Source: Eledone cirrhosa (taxonomy: Eukaryota). From it: 64,000 nt of DNA. The position numbers and the translations under genes are program-made. Location: NCBI GenBank assembly GCA_964016885.1, contig OZ024748.1, forward strand, positions 56,048,001 to 56,112,000, written 5' to 3'. Below, piece by piece: positions 39,092 through 54,180 of this stretch. The notes under the pieces were generated by a model. That model searched no databases and was not told the DNA's origin. It was given only the letters and a program-made list of their open reading frames with translations. The number at the start of each line of letters is the position of its first letter. Within the stretch, counting starts at the first letter, position 1.

Positions 39092-39680
39092 GTCTATATA
39101 TATATACCTGTATACATACTAACTTGTAAACAACATTCATACGGGCATTGATACATTCATACATGTATACATACGTACTTACATTCATATTTATATACGA
39201 TAAAGGTTTTCCTTTTTACATTTTTACATCGTTGAAATCATCTAGGACTACATTGAATATAATTCCGCTATAAAACTCAAAGCAAAAACATAGATCAACT
39301 CATCAAAAATGGTGGCAATGTTATGTATGTTATGTTCTTATGACTGAAATATCCTTTTATGCTTTTTAGTTACATCATGTCAGACGATGTAACAGTTGAG
39401 CGATCCTTTGTTTCTCATTTTCTTTACGTCAGGTCATCGATTGTCTTTTTTGTTGCTCTAGAAGTAAGAGTCATACAAAATGTTTGATGTTGTCTTCTTT
39501 CGCTCCTTCACTAGTTATAATACATTTCTTAAATGGGTAAGTTGTGCGTACACACACACACACACATACACACACATATATGTATATATATATATATATA
39601 TATACATACACACGAAGGCACTTTATTTATTAATATATATTTATTTAAATTTATATGTACACACAGACAAACACACACAC

Positions 39681-39711
<31 letters not shown>

Positions 39712-39726
39712 CATATATATACTTAC

Positions 39727-39785
<59 letters not shown>

Positions 39786-39859
39786 CATGTGTATATACAT
39801 ATATATGTCGATATATCTACATCGATATAAATATGTACGTATATATATATGAATGTATA

Positions 39860-39902
<43 letters not shown>

Positions 39903-39905
39903 ATA

Positions 39906-39966
<61 letters not shown>

Positions 39967-40033
39967 ATTTACATATACATAAAGTAAAGGAAATTGTATA
40001 TATTTTATCTAATAATTCTAGGGACATGAACTA

Positions 40034-40144
<111 letters not shown>

Positions 40145-41642
40145 TATTTATATATATATATATATGTTTATATATATACATGTGTGTGTGTGTGTGTGTG
40201 TGTGTTTATATATATATATTTATATATATATGTGTGTGTGTGTTTATATAAATATATTTGTATGTATATATACACATATTTGTGTGTGTGTGTGTCTGTG
40301 TTTGAGTGCCTGGGATATTGTATTGTGTTTCAGCAATAAACTACTTTATTGGAAGATATATACCGTTTCTTCAGCTTAAGGCCTTCAAGGTGACTAGCTT
40401 TGGATGCTAGATATATATGGGCTTCAAACACAATAAACCGTGTTACTGGGATTGTCTGCCCCTCCACTCCTTATCTTTTTCAATGACGGAATGGGGTGAT
40501 ATTCCACACCGACTTCTCAAATAAAGTAACCTGTAGAGATCTGTTCTTGTGCAACATATACTTCGATACGTACGGATTTATAGGACGCATATCCTAGACA
40601 AATGCATCAACGACAGGATCAGAGACGGTAAGGCTTTATTCGAGGGAAAGTTGACTGTTACAGGTTGCGGTTCACGCCACCATGTATAGCTTCCCTTCGT
40701 AGATGCGTATCAGTCCAGTTGCCATATAATATACAACAGGTGGTTAGTGAGGTTCCATTTTATCCATATATATATATTTTATTCGGTGAACAGTGTTGAA
40801 CCAGAGTGAAGTACTATCCTTAACATGTCTATAGTTTTCAAAACATTCTTGGATGATGTACTAAGTTGCTTTGACTCAATTCACAGAATGAACGTTGAAA
40901 TATCAACGAAATTAGAAATGATTCAACCAGCGATGATGCACATTACATACACTATCATCCAAACAATGGATGTATTAAGGATTAATGTTTAATTGAGGCC
41001 CTTCCTGAACATTTATACAGTGTCCTTGAATATTATTTATAGTAGGCGATAAGATTTTCGGCGACGTGTTAGATACTATGTGGCTCTTTGTCAAATCTCA
41101 TCCACCCTTTCTTAAATACAAACTGATGCAGCTTGGAACACCAAATCTTTGTCAATCTAGCGTTTATTTGTTTATTGCAGGGCTTTATTAGATAATGCAT
41201 TCTGTGTTCAAATATGTTTCAAAGACACGTTGGTCAAAGCGTATTGTAATTTTCTTTTTGACTTTTACTGAAAGGCCAGCAAGATCAAGGCTAAATATAT
41301 GGGTTAAACATATACCAGAAAAAAAATGAACTTGAACTCATCAATAGTGCAAGACGTAAAGGTTAAGAGATATTATCATTTGTATAGTGTCATAGAAAAA
41401 ACAAGAGTGAATTTTGACACAACATTGCACTTTAGTGTTTGATATTAAAACAAGTTAAAATGATAACATTAGATTACCCGAGATCAGAATGTGAGGTTGT
41501 TAAAATAATTTAAAGATGAAAAAATATATTATGAAATAAGGATATAAAGAGATTCATGTATAATATATAACTAACAATAATAACAATAAATATAGAGCGT
41601 GTGTGGGAGAGAAAGAAAGAGAATGAGATAGAGATAGAGAGA

Positions 41643-41707
<65 letters not shown>

Positions 41708-42112
41708 AGAGAGAGAGAGAGAGAGCGAGGGAGAGAGAAAGGAAAGGAAAGAAAAGGGGTGAAAGTAAACAATGTAGAAGTGCGAAATCTTGTAGAATAC
41801 AAAGAAAAAGGGTCGGGGAATATATATAAATGTGACACTAACAGACATCTTCACCGCTTGGCATATACATATGCAGCAGAAAACGAGTTAAGATGCGTAC
41901 ATTCAAGCTTTCTCCCTCAAACTATCTCTTCTTCAGTCCTTTTCTCTTTTTATATATGAAATGTTTTTCTCTGTGTATATATCGTATTAAACTCTTAGTC
42001 TGAGCAACCTTCGAGTATGTACGGAAAAAATTACGTTCACACAAAAAATCACAAGTATATGTTTACATTTATGTATGCATGTATATATATATATATATAG
42101 TAATATATTTAA

Positions 42113-42183
<71 letters not shown>

Positions 42184-42188
42184 ATATA

Positions 42189-42255
<67 letters not shown>

Positions 42256-42359
42256 GTGTGTGTGACCATATATATATATGTATATATATATGTATATATA
42301 TATATGCATATATATATATGCATATATATATGTATATATATATGTATATATATATATAT

Positions 42360-43081
42360 TTCGTTTCTGAATTTGTTTAGCAAGATCCTTTATCTGAAAA
42401 CGTGTGTTGAAACCGATATTGTTATACTTTGGGAGGGTCATGTTGCCAATAAGAAAGACACGTCCCAGTTGTTTCACTTCAATTTATTATAATAAATTTA
42501 TAAATTTAGGAATTCATAAATTTCCGGTTGGTTGGTTGGTTCCACAACCAGATGATTGTTTATATATTGTCAAAGTTCTTTCGTCACACATTATGTGACC
42601 TCTTCAGTGACTGGAGATTCTTTTCTTTGTTTTTGTGCCTCTCCTTTGTTCTGTCCTACGCCATCTTGTTTTTGAGTGTGGGTTGTGTGCTTAGTTTGCG
42701 CATGTGTTACATCCGGGTGTCTGTGTGTGTTTATATTCGTTTATAAATTTGTTTATTTACATGTTACTGGTTGGTTGTTTGTTTTATGTGCGTGTGTGTT
42801 TTCCTTTTGTCCTTAATTGTAAGTTGTGATGTTGCTGTTCCACTCATGTTTTCTATTTAATTTTGGTTGGAGTTTCTGAATTTGTTTATTGCCTCTGTGA
42901 TTTGTCTAAACATTGCGTCTTTTAGAGACAATATATAAACAATCATCTGGTTGTGGAACCCACCAACCACCCGGAAGTTTATAAATTCCTAAATTTATAA
43001 ATTTATTATAATAAATTGAAGTGAAAGCAACTGGTGCGTGTGTTTCTTATTGGCAACATGACCCTCCCAAATCATACCAAT
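42360..43081 (-). mobile_element. PLE 3' remnant (family B) with inverted 3' segment (42927-43081)
   Basis: Homologous to 22910-23531. ORF tail KDAMFRQITEA.. at ~42812-42922(-) and HHR at 42569-42611(-). Confidence 0.82.
42569..42611 (-). ncRNA. Minimal type I hammerhead motif (family B)
   Basis: GTCA-CTGAAGA-GGTCACATAATGTGTGAC-GAAA-GAAC-TT-TGAC. The stem II loop differs from the 23336 copy while the stem is kept. Confidence 0.72.
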
Positions 43082-43179
43082 ATATATGTATATTTATATG
43101 TATATATATTTGTATGTATATATATATATATATGTATATATATATGTATATATATATGTGTATATATATATATGTGTAC

Positions 43180-43390
43180 TTATTTGCTGACAATTGTTTC
43201 TTCCAAAGGGAAGACTGGAATCATCATAGCATAAGGAATGTCGAAATATGTAACTAAAATCCTAGTCATTGAACCCTAGTTATGTACCCTAAATGTTCTA
43301 AATGACTAGGATTTTATTTACATGTTTCGACATTCCTTATGCTCCGATGAAACAGATTTCCCTCTGGATGAAACAATTGTCAGCAAATAA
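43180..43390. repeat. Diverged inverted repeat with two singly mutated hammerhead motifs (43185-43231 minus, 43340-43385 plus)
   Basis: TGCT-(ATGATGA or CCGATGA)-stem II-GAAA-CAATTG-TC-AGCA in both arms. Confidence 0.7.
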
Positions 43391-43636
43391 ATGTTCTAAA
43401 CTAAAATTTTATCGTTTTAACACTTTGTATCTTGGCTCTGTAAAACACTTGAAAATGTGCATTGAGCCTTTTGTCATACAGCTAACCGGCTAGTACTTAG
43501 TAATAACCTACATATTTATAGTTATATCAAACATATATAAATATAAATATTCTTATTACTATATTTATATATATGAATTTCTATTTCTCTCTCTCTATAT
43601 ATATATATATAGATATGTATATAAAGATGTATATAA

Positions 43637-43700
<64 letters not shown>

Positions 43701-43799
43701 ATAGAAGGAGCTTCTACAGGACTAGAACTGTTTCATTCAGATGAAATGTATTGAGTACCTTACTTGCTGTGGTTATCCCCGACTCAATCCGGGACCTAC

Positions 43800-43845
<46 letters not shown>

Positions 43846-43930
43846 GTATATATATATATATATGTATATATGTTTATATATATGTATATATATAACTGTG
43901 TGTGCATATATATATATATGTGTGTGTATA

Positions 43931-44009
<79 letters not shown>

Positions 44010-44041
44010 ATACTCTGATTCTGTCTCTTTGGTTGTAGCCA

Positions 44042-44823
44042 GAAATGGAAAGACACATCCAACACTTCATCAACCGCATGCAGTTCTCTGACTACAACCA
44101 AAGAGAGAGAATCAGAGTTTACGAAGGAGCCACTGAGAAGTATAAGACCCTCATAGAACTGGACATGAAATGAATTTGCCCATTATACAGGAGCAAATCA
44201 TGAAATAGCTTAGATATATTTAGACATAAGATAGGGAAAGCCACCTCATGGTACGACAATCAGAGAAACCAGAGTGTCATGTTTGTGGACGCTACCGCTG
44301 GAGGGAAATTAGCTAACCAGTATAGAAAGGCCCTGAGAAAGAACCACTTAAAGATTAAGGTGGTAGAAAAGCCAGGATCCACCATAAAATCCTCGATCAG
44401 CAAAACCTACCCTTTTAACATAACCCACTGTGCTAATAGGAAATGTATTATATGTAAAGTAAACCCCCGGATAAACTGTAAGACTAGAAACGTAGTCTAT
44501 AGCATCAGATGTACAGAGGGTACTTGCAGAAACATGACAACAACATACATAGGTGAGACAGATCATAGCATAGGTGAAAGGATAGATCAACACTGGGGGG
44601 GGGGGGATTAAAGGACGAAAAAACGGTTCAGTACTATACGAACATGCCACGCAACAACACGAAGGTAACATGTCCTACATAGAAATTAGAGTAATATCTA
44701 AACAGAGAAATGACCCGGCAGATACGTAAATCAGAGAGGCCAGCGAAAGAGAACTTAGAAGGCCAAGGCTAAACAGAAAAAAATGAATGGTATAACAACA
44801 ACACCCAAACAAATAATACTGAC
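44042..44823 (+). pseudogene. Decayed PLE ORF: RT thumb, Cys-rich linker and GIY-YIG endonuclease
   Basis: [58 protein letters not shown]....YIGET..SIGERIDQH, SVLYEHATQQH, IREA..RPRLNRK(EW). Stops and frameshifts are present. The element continues through a 3' region to ~45362 with a decayed HHR at ~45069-45112. Confidence 0.88.
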
Positions 44824-45364
44824 CTAAGAGAAGTATAAGTAAATAAATGAATACATACACAAGCACAATAACAACAAACACATATAAGCACACACTAGTA
44901 AACTAAGATAGAATACAATAACCAATACACAGTCAACCAAAGACGAACACACACCAAACACTATACACACACGCAAACGCATGCGCAGAGAAGACAAAAA
45001 AAAATAAATGAACAGACGAAATAAAGATGGCGTAGGCATACAATACAACAGGAGAAAACATAATAGCACCACTGGCGATGTTGCAGATGTGCAGCTAAAG
45101 AAATTTATTAGACTATATATATGTGTTTGTGTCTATATTGTATCTGTATTTTTGACCGTTGGTCAGTCAATGGTAACATTGAGGACAGAATAAATTAAAT
45201 TAACCGATATAAAAGACATAGAAGCGAAAAACAAACAAACAGTGAGTGTGTTCTGTTATTAATTCTGGCAATATTGTTACACAAATGTGACCCTCCCCAA
45301 GTTTAACAATATTTTTTTCGGAACACGATTTCATATCAAAAACCTCGCAAAACTAATTCATATA

Positions 45365-45397
<33 letters not shown>

Positions 45398-45527
45398 ATA
45401 TATGTATATATATGCGTATATATATATATGTATATATATGCGTATATATATATATATGTATATATACGCGTATATATATATATATATGTATATATATGTA
45501 TATGTATATGTATATATATATATATAT

Positions 45528-45593
<66 letters not shown>

Positions 45594-45824
45594 ATATGTA
45601 TATATATGTGTATATATAAATATATATATGTATATAACGAAGGAAATTACCTCCAGAATTAGCCGTCGAAACGGCTTGAGCTCAGCCGTCGGGGTCCTAC
45701 TCGTTCCTATATATATATATATATATATATGTGTGTATGTATATAAATATATATTTATATATATGTATATTTATATGTATGAATAGACTACAGAAGATGT
45801 TCGGAGAGGCACCAGAGTTAAATA

Positions 45825-45922
45825 ATTGTTTCTACTTTAGGCACAAGGCCAGCAATTACCCAGTACATTACTGGTACTTTATTTTATCGAACCCGTAAGG
45901 ATGAATGGCAAAGTTAAACTCG
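45825..45922 (-). mobile_element. Partial SINE copy (3' half)
   Basis: Reverse complement of the SINE core and tail. Confidence 0.8.
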
Positions 45923-46077
45923 GTACCAGTTAAATTATGTACTTAAGACATTGGTTGAAATAACATTTACAGGACTAACACTGTTTCATTTGTTTCAAAT
46001 CTGTATCCATCTTTTGATGATCTTAAATGAATGGATCAGCTCTAGTCCTGTAGAAATAATTTGTAAATGAAATATAT

Positions 46078-46650
46078 GCACACAAACAGACAACACACAC
46101 ACACACCTACACATGCACACACAAACAGACAACACACATACACCTACACATGCACACACAAACAGACAACACACACACACACCTACACATGCACACACAA
46201 ACAGACAACACACACACACCTACACATGCACACACAAACAGACAACACACATACACCTACACATGCACACACAAACAGACAACACACACACACACCTACA
46301 CATGCACACACAAACAGACAACACACACACACCTAGACATGCACACACAAACAGACAACACACACACACACCTACACATGCACACACAAACAGACAACAC
46401 ACACACACCTACACATGCACACACAAACAGACAACACACACACACCTACACATGCACACACAAACAGACAACACACACACACCTAGACATGCACACACAA
46501 ACAGACAACACACACACACACCTACACATGCACACACAAACAGACAACACACACACACCTAGACATGCACACACAAACAGACAACACACACACACCTACA
46601 TATGCACACACTAACAGACAACACACACACACCTACATATGCACACACTA
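46078..46650. repeat. ~35-37-bp minisatellite, ~15 copies
   Basis: CCTACACATGCACACACAAACAGACAACACACACACA units with variable (CA)n. Confidence 0.95.
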
Positions 46651-47284
46651 ACATATATATATACATATATATATATATATTTATATGTGTGTGTGTTTGA
46701 TTTTATGCATTTAAATATATATAGCTGATCTCTGAAGACAGAAGCATATACAGTTGTGTGTGATTGTGTATGTGTTTGTGTGCGTGTGTGTGAGTGCGTA
46801 TTTGTTTCTATAATCATCGTACCGCCAGTAAGAATTCTGCTCATATACAGCAGTCTGCCTAGATGCAAGCAAGTCAAACACACATACACACTTCTTATAT
46901 ATGATATAGAAGCAGTGTGACATTTTTCTCAGTGTATTACCCGTTCATCAAAACTTTGTTTTAGCACCAGTGAAGACTCGTAGCTTAGTGCTTAGGTGTT
47001 TTCTTAACAGTGCTGGCAATTCTTGAGTTCGATTCTTGGCGGCGTATTTCGTTCTTTCGCCAAGCACTTTATTTCCCGTTGCTCCCTTTTTTTTATTCTA
47101 CTATCAAATATGAGTCAATTATGTAATTATAATTGCTAACATTGTTACACACTGGCATACACTAAATCACACTGGTAACTACTTCATGATTACTCCAGTA
47201 TTTGAAATGCTTAGACACCTGCGTATGAAATTCACACGCAGCCGTTACTGTTGACCTAAAAATTAGGACACTCGTCGTAACAAC

Positions 47285-47336
<52 letters not shown>

Positions 47337-47676
47337 CGAAGGAATTGTGGTAAGGAACCAGATGGACCATAACGCATCAAAGTACTCAACATTTAGGGTA
47401 GTAGGGTGGGTAATAGGAACATGTATGACCCCGACGGCAGAGCTCAAGCCGTTTCAACGGCTATTTCTGGACGTCGAAACGGCTTGAGCTCTGCCGTTGG
47501 GGTCATACTTGTTCATGTATATATATATATACGCACATGCATTTTCGCCCTGCATCTTAATTAATCAAAAACAGACAATAAATTTGAGAGATGATTTGCA
47601 GCTAGGTTGGCAGAATTTTCTTAACTGCTCCCCACTTTCTTGTTGATTTTTTAGAAGCCGATGTATCATCGCCGTT

Positions 47677-47720
<44 letters not shown>

Positions 47721-47969
47721 ATCATCATATCATCATCATCCTCATCTTAATATGAATCGGCTGAAAAGTTCATGAGCTGTTCAGGAAGCTACCTGGAAAG
47801 AAACAAATCAGTTATTAATGAGAAGAGTGGAAATGTATACATGCATGATTTCATAGCTCTAGCATTACTCCTTCATAGAAAGCCTATGAACTTTTCAGCC
47901 GACCCTCGTATAATCTTCATCCTCATTATTAATAACAAAGTCATCTTCTTTGTCTTTTTTTTATTAAGT

Positions 47970-48186
47970 ATCTTCTTCTTCTTCTTCTTCTTCTTCTTCT
48001 TCTTCTTCTTCTTCTTCTTCTTTTTCTTTTTCTTCTTTTTCTTCTTTTTCTTCTTTTTCTTCTTTTTCTTCTTTTTCTTCTTTTTCTTCTTTTTCTTCTT
48101 TTCTTTTTCTTCTTTTTCTTTTTCTTCTTTTTCTTCTTTTTTTTCTTTTTCTTATTTTTCTTCTTCTTCTTTTCTTCTTCTTCTTC
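47970..48186. repeat. (CTT)n / (CTTTTTCTT)n pyrimidine tract
   Basis: Directly visible. Confidence 0.95.
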
Positions 48187-48325
48187 TATTGAGTCATTAC
48201 AATACATTACCATGAACTTATAGTTGTTTACCTTAACCGAATACGTGTGTATGTGTGTGCATTTGTTTATATATATATATATATATATTAGTGTGTGTGT
48301 GTGTGTGTGTATGTGTGTGTGTCTA

Positions 48326-48419
48326 CAGGGCGTCCTCCAAAAATGTTTACACGCTTTTAATACTTGTAGAGGCAATATTTAGTAGAATGCTATTGAAGTG
48401 TGTATATATTTTTCTGGAC

Positions 48420-48425
<6 letters not shown>
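48326..48425. mobile_element. ~100-bp Tc1/mariner-type MITE
   Basis: TA|CAGGGCGTCC..AAAAATGTTTACACGCTT ... AAGTGTGTATATATTTTT..GGACACCCTA|TA: imperfect ~30-bp TIRs with TA flanks. Confidence 0.7.
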
Positions 48426-48478
<53 letters not shown>

Positions 48479-49305
48479 TGATATCATCATAAATAAAGCA
48501 GAGCTGTATGTAAAGGCAGAGAAATATAACAAGGGTTAATGTATGAATACATACACAGGAACCTTGTGTAATTAACAGAAACACATTCATATGAATGTCA
48601 GTATTTATATTCGATTGGGACTTTGTTTGACACTTTGAAGACACTTTTAGGACAGATATGTGCATAACTATATATAGACAGATAGATAAATATATAGTTA
48701 TAATTATATATAAAAAATATATATAGAGATACAGATATATAGATAGATATATTCATAGAGAGTTCGATAGCTATGATGATAGGTAGGTATGTAGATATAG
48801 AAAGATAGTTATTTAGATAATTTGTCAGATAAGAAGAGCATTTTCTTAGAATATCAGCATACACATGTGTACAGTGACTGACACTGTGTCCGTGTGTCAG
48901 TCAGCCTGTGGATATTCATCTGCCTATGCAGCTAACGTAATTTTTTCCATGTCCGACTTTTCGTGTTAGTGTGTAGTAGATTTTATGTATTCTCGTGTCA
49001 AATAACTCTATGTGTGTAGACTGGAATGTGTCCCCAATATTTTCCTGGTTTTCCTCTTAACTTATTTTTTCTTTGTGAATAAGGGCTCAACGTCTCTCTC
49101 ATAGTGTCTCACACGTTAAGCTCTCTAACTCTCTTTAACCTTCCTCTCTTAAACTATCTTAAACTATCACTGTTTCCCTCCTCGATATTCTTGCTCTCAC
49201 CTTTGTCATATTCTTATATTTGCTAATAGGTATTGCATAATAAATGTACGTTCATGAATTCTAGATGAATTCATAGAATCATTACATCGCCGGTGAGTAT
49301 TAGGA

Positions 49306-49381
<76 letters not shown>

Positions 49382-49403
49382 TATATGTATATATATATAT
49401 ATC

Positions 49404-49507
<104 letters not shown>

Positions 49508-49570
49508 TATATGTATATATATATATATATATAAATATATATGTATATATATATATATCTATATATATAA

Positions 49571-49689
<119 letters not shown>

Positions 49690-49805
49690 AGGGAGTATGT
49701 ATATATTCATATTTATATATATATATATATGTGCATATATAACTATACATATATATATATATGCACACATACATGCATATTTACATATTTATGTATATAT
49801 ATACA

Positions 49806-49894
<89 letters not shown>

Positions 49895-50397
49895 ATGTGT
49901 GTGTGTGTTTGTCATACATATGTATATTTTGTTTGAACCCTTACGCTCCGGACTAAGACTTTCCCGGATGTTTAAACAACGGAACCTCCTGTTTAATACG
50001 TTATCCTGTATGTTTCTGACAGAAATAAAATGTGACCTTCTAAAAAGCTTAAGCTAAGCTCTAGTACATACACATAGATATGTATTGATGTATATATGTA
50101 TGATTAACTGCATATAAATATCACATATACACAAACATACACCAAACACCCACATGTTTAAATATGTTCATATGTGTGGAATTATTCAAGGATAGAAAAC
50201 TCATATGACATTTTGTGGGAGAAGAATGTGTGGATTGTTGATACAATAGACGTTAAGGTTTACTTCTACAAGTAAATGAAGAGTAATCGTAAGAAGGTGA
50301 TCCAGGTTCAGAACGTAATATTCACCGGCATCTATAAACCTTTCTCCAACATGTACATAGATTTATGAAATAAATTAGCTTTGTTACTGAGGACAAA

Positions 50398-50483
<86 letters not shown>

Positions 50484-50530
50484 CGTTATTCCGGGTTGAG
50501 TCGGATCGTAACCACAGTAAGTAAGGTACT

Positions 50531-50575
50531 CAGGATTCCTGATGATTTCTAAAGAATGAAACTGTTCAAGTCCTG
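50531..50575 (+). ncRNA. Minimal hammerhead motif (family D; related fragments at ~43695-43800 and ~45966-46056)
   Basis: CAGGATTC-CTGATGA-TTTCTAAAGAAT-GAAA-CTGT-TC-AAGTCCTG. Stems are imperfect. Confidence 0.6.
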
Positions 50576-50585
50576 TAGAATCTCA

Positions 50586-50668
<83 letters not shown>

Positions 50669-50824
50669 AATAATAATACATTTGAAGACTAAAATCCAAA
50701 GAGGGCGCGATAAGGATAAATATATATCAAATATATAAGAACCCTAGAGCAAATATTTATTAAAATAACAGATTAAAGTTTAAGGGTGAAAGCAACGATT
50801 CTTTGCTTAAACTTTAATCTGTTA

Positions 50825-50877
<53 letters not shown>

Positions 50878-51267
50878 AAAGAAAGAGTGGTAAGAAACCA
50901 GGTGGACCAATACGCAACAGAGTACTCGATACTAAGGGTAGTAGTGTGGGTATTAGGAAAAGTGTCAGGACCCCGACGGTGAGCTCCGGCGTCTCGACAG
51001 CTAGATCCGAACTGCAATTTGAATAAGTTGAGCTTGCTCAAAGAAGCACGTATCCTAGCGTTACCCTCGATATCGGGTTAATGAAGTATTGAAGTTAATA
51101 ATAATATATATAAGGAATATATATATATATATTCATTCTATTAAAGATAAAGAGCGAGTTGTTATTTTCATCTCCTTATCACGGGATCATCAAATCAAAG
51201 GAAGTGGGAGATGGCCAGGTGTTAAACAGGCATAAATCCCGAGTAGAAGGACCCATTATGTAGCCTT

Positions 51268-51302
<35 letters not shown>

Positions 51303-51307
<5 letters not shown>

Positions 51308-51436
51308 ATACTTTGGGAGGGTCATGTTGCCAATAAGTATTGGTTTACTTTGGGAGGGTCATGTTGCCCAAAGTATAACAATATCGGTTTCAACACACGA
51401 TTTCAGATAAAGAATCTTGCTAAACAAATTCAGAAA

Positions 51437-51439
<3 letters not shown>
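51303..51439. repeat. Family B tail-only insert with duplicated and inverted segments
   Basis: TTGTTATACTTTGGGAGGGTCATGTTGCC twice, followed by the inverted CCCAAAGTATAACAATATCGGTTTCAACACACG..CAGAAACGA. Confidence 0.8.
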
Positions 51440-51470
<31 letters not shown>

Positions 51471-51672
51471 GAATATATATACACACTTTGTTAACATTCT
51501 GAGACAGGTTTTGAGCAACATACACTCAAACAATATCTAATTCACTGAGTACTTGTGCGCAAACAGGTTTATGTCTAATACTAATTATAACCACGTCAAT
51601 ATATACGTGTGTGTGTATGTCTGTGCGTGAGTTTGTTTGTGTGTATTTCTGTGCTGGCACCTGTATATTACT

Positions 51673-51714
<42 letters not shown>

Positions 51715-52096
51715 CATAGAACAACATTCCTAGCCAGGTATTTATATAATGTTATGCACCAGTGAATAGTGACTCAAGGGTAAGCAGTTTCGCTCTCATT
51801 CACTAACCAGACATCGTTTGTATTATGTGCATTAGGACCAGAATTGTAAGAACTACGTATGTTTATGCAAGTATTTATACACACATATATATACGCGCGT
51901 GCGCGCGCGTGTGTGTGTGTTTAAATGTATGAGTGTTAAAAAATCTAAAATACTTTCATGACCTTTTTTATACAACTCTCTTTATATTCAATGATGGAAT
52001 AAACTCAGTTATGCTGACAAATATCTTGTCCTTGCCATAAGGTGTGTCATTGCTTCCGAATTAACGTTTATTTTAGTTTGAACTATACACACACAT

Positions 52097-52164
<68 letters not shown>

Positions 52165-52271
52165 ACGAATATATATATATATATATATACATATACGTAC
52201 ATATATATAAAATAAAATAAAAATGGCGTAAACACTACAAAACAACACAATAGGAGGAAACATGATAATAG

Positions 52272-52316
52272 TACCACTGATGATGTTGCAGATGTGCAAC
52301 GAAAGAACTTTGTTAG
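52272..52316 (+). ncRNA. Minimal hammerhead motif (relative of family B and the 44-45 kb PLE)
   Basis: TACCA-CTGATGA-TGTTGCA-GATG-TGCAAC-GAAA-GAAC-TT-TGTTAG. Homologous to the decayed copy at ~45069. Confidence 0.68.
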
Positions 52317-52330
52317 ACTATATATATATG

Positions 52331-52361
<31 letters not shown>

Positions 52362-52481
52362 TTGTCTGTATAGATCGATAAATTGATTTGATGTATATAT
52401 CTATCCATCTATACATCTCTCTATATATGAATAAGCACATTCCTATACACATATATAATTGTGTGTGTATATATATATATA

Positions 52482-52600
52482 GGCGTGTGGCTGAGTGGTT
52501 AGAGAATTGGATTCGCAATCGTAAGGTTGTGAGTTCGATTCTGGACCAGGCGATGCGTTATGTCCTTGAGCAAGACACTTTATTTCACGTTGCTCCTTCT
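52482..52600 (+). mobile_element. Second tRNA-derived SINE family (related copies at ~46975-47085 and ~58000-58070)
   Basis: TGGCTGAGTGG A-box, GAGTTCGATTC B-box, then TGTCCTTGAGCAAGACACTTTATTTCACGTTGCTCC. Confidence 0.75.
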
Positions 52601-53080
52601 ACCTGGAGTTGCGACCGATAGATAGTATTAGCAATTGGAAAGACCAACGGAAACATTGTTCCCTCGGTCCGATTTGACGAAAGTCGATCGTCTTCCCATA
52701 TATATATATATATATATATAGGCGTGTCGTTTTGCATGTCTCTGTGTTTTCATTAATATATATGTTTAAATATGTACACGAAAATAACTGCTACCATACA
52801 AACAGCAGTTAGGGCTGCACTGGCCCAGCTATCCGGGTGTATCCGTGTTATAACAACAGGCTGTTGATATCCCCAGCAAATATTTATTGTAGATATGTAA
52901 TATTAGATAAGGGAGATGTTGATGTAAGGGGATTACCACCCGCTACGTTTGAAAATGTCGTACTGGTGGGTGGAAATACACTTGTAGAGATTCTTATCTC
53001 TGTATATATATTTCTTACACGTAATGGCATCGGAAATCTATTTAACCCCCCCCCCCCACACACACACACACACGCACACA

Positions 53081-53121
<41 letters not shown>

Positions 53122-53445
53122 GTATATGTGTGTGTGTGTATATATATTTGTATATGTATGCATATATATATATATATATATATATATGTATCTATATGTA
53201 TATACATATATATAATATTTGTATATGTATAGGTATATATATATATATATATATGTGTATATATATATGTATGTGTATATATATGTATATGTATGTGTAT
53301 ATATATGTATATGTATGTGTATATATATATGTATATGTATGTGTATATATATATGTATATGTATGTTTATATATGTATGTGTATATATATATATGTATAT
53401 GTATGTTTATATATATATGTATATATATATATATATATGTATATG

Positions 53446-53483
<38 letters not shown>

Positions 53484-53527
53484 CACACTTTTATATATAT
53501 ATATATATGTGTATATGTATGTATATA

Positions 53528-53598
<71 letters not shown>

Positions 53599-53661
53599 AT
53601 GTATATATATGTATATATATATATGTATATATATATTTATAATTATAGATATGTGTGTATT

Positions 53662-53743
<82 letters not shown>

Positions 53744-53993
53744 TATACATACACATATATATATATGTATGTATGTATATATATGTGTGTGTTTGTATGT
53801 GTGTGTGTATGATTTCTTATATGAAAGTAAGTATGTTATTATCAGATCGTATGGATGAATTACCCCCTAGTTAGCAAGTATATTTTCTGAAGTCAACTAC
53901 CCATATTTCTATCGGTATTATGAACTTCCGTGGCATTGCTGGCATTGCAATATCAATAAAACTTCGTCACCGTGCAATATTACTATCTTTACA

Positions 53994-54180
53994 AGGGCGG
54001 TGAATTGGCAGTATCGGTAGAGTGTCGGACATGCTTTCCAGCATAGTTATGTCCCTTTACGATCTGAGTTCAAATCCCGCCCAGGTTAACTTTGCCTTTC
54101 ATCCTTACGGGGTCGATAAAATAAAGTACCAGTAATATACTGGAATAATTGCTGGCCTTGTGCCAAAAGTAGAAACAAAT
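53994..54180 (+). mobile_element. tRNA-derived SINE copy
   Basis: Full A-box, B-box, core and tail. Flanked by the direct repeat ATATTACTATCTTTACA (probable TSD). Confidence 0.9.

Noticed and set aside
44171-44203. In-frame TGA codons as possible selenocysteines (reported for Naiad PLEs)
   Set aside because: They fall where Gly and Trp are expected, the endonuclease is C-terminal, and the copy also has a TAA and frameshifts. Ordinary decay explains them.
52482-52550. tRNA gene
   Set aside because: A and B boxes are present but there is no complete cloverleaf, and the sequence continues into a SINE body.
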